A stretch of 64,000 nucleotides of DNA from Podarcis erhardii. Its lineage: Eukaryota. The stretch lies in the NCBI GenBank assembly GCA_964252035.1, contig OZ176201.1. One strand, written 5' to 3'. Made by a program: the position numbers and the translations under genes. Below the pieces are notes generated by a model. The model saw nothing but the letters and a program-made list of their open reading frames with translations. It ran no database searches and had not been told where the DNA came from. Below are positions 61,301 through 64,000 of the stretch, piece by piece. How positions within the stretch are numbered: the stretch's first letter is position 1; every line of letters begins with the position of its first letter.

Positions 61301-63342
61301 GTTCTAGGCCGTTTTCCATTTCCTAGTTTAGAGATGCATTAGCGATCCAAGTTTTTATAAAATCATGTTGTATTCAACTTTGTGCAAGTGGTGTTCTGCT
61401 CACACCTGGAACTTCCTCTTCTCACACTTCCCAAAAATCTGTTCCAGATGGTCCTCCAACCACCTGAAGCAGATTTTGAGGGTTAACAGCAGGCTTGCAG
61501 GAGAGGAGAAAATTCCCAATGATTTTTTTATTTTACTGTTGAAGCTCTACATAACTATTTCATCATACTTAAAATTTTGCCAACTAAATATTCAAAACAT
61601 GAAAATGCTTTCAATGTGTTGCATGAAGGGTCTCTTGAAACCTGTTGTTTTTCTCATATTTAACAGCTTCAAAGCCTATGAATTCTAATCACAAACACAT
61701 TGTGTGCATGAAAATGAAAGATTGTTTTACCTGTAAAAAGCCTCTTGGTAAGGAGTCTGACACTGTCACGAAATTGCCTGTCTTGTGCATTAGTTCATCC
61801 CCTTCATCTTCGCTGTCATCTTAAAATGAAATTATTTCAAACATTGTATTGTTTTATCTGTGCAGCCATATGAAAAGTGGCAACATAAGCTAAATGCAAT
61901 ATATGAAAAGAAGTCTGAACTTATTCAGTATACAGTCAGGTAGTGTGTCATAAACCCTGCTCCTAGTCTCTTAGAGCAGCTTGCAACTGTCAGTAGTAAG
62001 ACAGTCTGCATCCTCAGGTAAACAATCTAAAACAGGGTAGGCAGCCTTCAGGGTTGTGTGATCTACTTTGTTTTTTACTTGAACCTTGAAGGCAACCAAA
62101 TTGAAGCCAAGTGCAAAATAACAACTGCTTAAAATTCTCAAGGATAAGAACTGGAGTCAGATGCAAAATAAGCAGTTAAAGAAAATAAGAGTTAAGGAAT
62201 GGGATGTGCAACCCAGGAAACTGGGAACAAACACCTACATACACTTGAGGAGAAGCCAGCTCCCTGTAGCTGCTCCTTCTACAGCCAATGGATGAGGCCA
62301 AGTTGGTCTCTCCCTTGCCATTATGTTCTTCCTACATTAGTCCCTGCGAGACTTCCTTAATCAGAAGTCCCAAAAACTTTCTCTGCAGAACATGTGCAGA
62401 GGATTGCATCTTAATTACTTTGTTGACTTTGGTTCATGCTATAGAAAGTCCCACATTTACCTTCATCTCTGGCTTTTCTTACTTTCTTCTTCCTGTCCCT
62501 CTGTGCCCAGGAAGGGGTTGCTCCCATTGCGCTCTGAAATCTAAGGAAGACAAGTCTGTACTTCACCCACAACTGTTACTTAAGACACAACCTTATTCAC
62601 TGAGGTAAGTAAAAAAAACTATCAGAAATTTTAAGTAAATATGCCAGACAATTTTGAAAGATGGGTGAAAGAATGATGAGCATTAAATATCTGATGAAGA
62701 GAGGGATGCAGGGCAAGAAACTCAGGACAGACAGCCTTATAGTATCTCTCTCACACACCCACACACCCCTTGTGATGCAAAAGCAGATGCAAGCTGTTCA
62801 AAGGATGGACTGTGAAGGAAGAAAAACATTTTCCTCAACCCTCCCCACCTCTTGCAAGTAAGCCTCTCATTATGACAATAAATAGGGAAATGCTTTTGAA
62901 GTGTCCAAGCACCCCAGCCATTTTTGCCCTTCCTTTTTAAGTTCAATTTGAATCATTCTGCCATTTCCCCTTTTCTCAATATTAAGCAGTAAAACTTCAT
63001 AGCTGCATAAAGAAATTTGATTTTTATTTTTATTTTTTGCATTTTAGTATGTATGGAAATAAATATAGACATCTTCAAAAATTCAGATTAATTTACAAAT
63101 TGTCTGTTTTGAGAAAACACATATTGGAAGGCCTCTTCAAAAATGAGGTTATATGCTAACATTTTTGATGCCAATTCAAATAAATAATAAAAAATTATTT
63201 TTTCTTAAGATGGTTGTCTCTTGTCCATGTTACCATTAACACTCACTGTTCTTGAAGTCTTCTTTGAAGTTTTTCCTTTGTAAGCTTCTTTTCTGCATCA
63301 CTTTTCATCATGTTTTTTCGATATCGATGGGTCATGTCAATT
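55361..63342 (-). CDS. UTP18: U3 snoRNA-associated protein 18 homolog (WD40), 3' part: 11 exons, about 407 aa; 5' exons outside the window
   Basis: Exons 63247-63342, 62461-62540, 61731-61819, 60802-60927, 60195-60369, 59741-59841, 59016-59106, 58469-58592, 57341-57515, 55803-55945, 55361-55385 with consistent phases; QFHPSAQV, MDFSPRSGYF and terminal HYSDF match UTP18. Confidence 0.94.
55803..55945 (-). CDS. UTP18: UTP18 exon
   Basis: VHIPSFTVFPNFP...MDFSPRSGYF...KALLY. Confidence 0.93.
56022..56090 (-). mobile_element. L2 3' terminal fragment (same family as 536-2249)
   Basis: Minus strand CCGCTCTGAGCCCGG...GGGTGGGGTATAAAAAT plus (ATT)n, matching 2181-2249. Confidence 0.75.
57341..57515 (-). 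CDS. UTP18: UTP18 exon
   Basis: SSSGVVNVY...PKPLKAIMNLVT...EILAIAS...AVKL. Confidence 0.93.
58469..58592 (-). CDS. UTP18: UTP18 exon
   Basis: QGEVFVWDVKSRRCLNRFSDEG...QYVACG. Confidence 0.93.
59016..59106 (-). CDS. UTP18: UTP18 exon
   Basis: TKELIGSMKINGK...SKIYTHS. Confidence 0.92.
59741..59841 (-). CDS. UTP18: UTP18 exon
   Basis: GLEEKFIKNFEVSPDGRFLLLNG...LTMK. Confidence 0.92.
60195..60369 (-). CDS. UTP18: UTP18 exon
   Basis: VDGIANPKIQSIHLESFPV...YDMMAGKIIP. Confidence 0.93.
60802..60927 (-). CDS. UTP18: UTP18 exon
   Basis: MKNCKFAN...VQFHPSAQVIMTAGLD...LFQ. Confidence 0.93.
61060..61505. repeat. Two degraded copies of a hairpin-containing interspersed repeat (about 61060-61150 and 61420-61505)
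   Basis: AAAATCTGTTCC...GAAGCAGATTTTGAGGG core; related pieces near 46460-46565, 49025-49090 and 63850-63905. Confidence 0.4.
61731..61819 (-). CDS. UTP18: UTP18 exon
   Basis: DDSEDEGDELMHKTGNFV...LPRGFLQ. Confidence 0.92.
62461..62540 (-). CDS. UTP18: UTP18 exon
   Basis: FQSAMGATPSWAQ...ARDE; phases fit both neighbours. Confidence 0.88.
63247..63342 (-). CDS. UTP18: UTP18 exon (most 5' in the window)
   Basis: IDMTHRYRKNMMKSDAEKKLTKEKLQRRLQEQ; CA/GTGAGT donor. Confidence 0.88.
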
Positions 63343-63499
63343 CTAGGAGAAAAAAGTCACATGCTAAATTTGTATAGTTCTGTAAAAATATTAATTTTAC
63401 CAAGATGATCACTTTACAAATTAAAGCAAGTGAATAGCTTATATTTTGAAACAGTGGCATGTAGTTCATGTTACATAGTAAGATTACATAGTAGAGTCA

Positions 63500-63635
63500 A
63501 TGTGATGGAGTGGTTGAGTGCCAAAATAAGATTGGGAGATAAAGTTTCAAATCATCACTCAGCCATGAAATTCAATGAGTGACCATAAATAAAATACTTC
63601 CTCTTCCTAACCTACTTTACAGGATTAGCATGGGG
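63500..63635 (+). mobile_element. MIR/CORE-like SINE remnant
   Basis: GGAGTGGTT..., TTCAAATC..CACTCAGCCATGAA, CCTAACCTACTTTACAGG. Confidence 0.4.
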
Positions 63636-64000
63636 AAGAAATGGAAAAAAGTTTTAAAATCAGCTATAAGGTTCTAGAATTTCCAAAGCTCTTAAAAAGT
63701 GGACAGCCTGGCAATATTTTGTAAAGTCTTGCACAAAGCACACACATTAATATCTTCACTCAGAATGAATGGTTAAGAGGATGGGTGGTATCCAATTGTG
63801 CACTGATGCAATGGACTTCCACTTGTGCAAGGGTGACTTTCCTTCAACCTGCAGCCACCCAAAATCTGCTCTGGAGGATTGACAGATTGCAGGGGGAAGA
63901 GGGAAAAGGTAAGTCACAGTACATCCGCTGGTGCGACTCTTGACCTTGCACTCACAGTATGTAAGATGCTTACACCCCAAACCTACATATGTTAGGTTGA

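Noticed and set aside
1-64000. tRNA, rRNA, snoRNA, CRISPR or other prokaryote-type systems
   Set aside because: tRNA-like A/B boxes belong to SINE heads; no properly spaced C/D box pairs were seen in introns (H/ACA RNAs cannot be excluded by eye); no repeat-spacer arrays; the window is eukaryotic.

Overview
Vertebrate genomic DNA, most likely a squamate (lacertid-type) lizard as judged from its SINE, L2 and MITE families (inference). Three spliced genes can be reconstructed with GT-AG introns and consistent phases. (1) SLC16A3/MCT4 on +, four coding exons 4203-10536, 465 aa; its first non-coding exon lies upstream of the window. (2) CSNK1D/CK1-delta on -, complete, 51955 to 22308, with a CpG-island promoter and both known C-terminal isoforms (415 aa delta1, 409 aa delta2). 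(3) The last 11 coding exons of UTP18 on -, 63342 to 55361, 5' end outside the window. Repeats include a young 5'-truncated L2 LINE with an open RT frame, Sauria/Squam-type SINEs, Tc1/mariner and hAT MITEs, an LTR-like element and Penelope-like fragments. Best leads: a minimal hammerhead ribozyme motif in sense orientation in CSNK1D intron 6; a candidate extra terminal exon giving CK1-delta a polybasic tail; inverted SINEs flanking two SLC16A3 exons that would form a stop-free 912-nt circle; and two strong-context uORFs ahead of a weaker CSNK1D start codon. Coordinates were counted by eye; repeat family names come from recalled consensus motifs, not from a database search.
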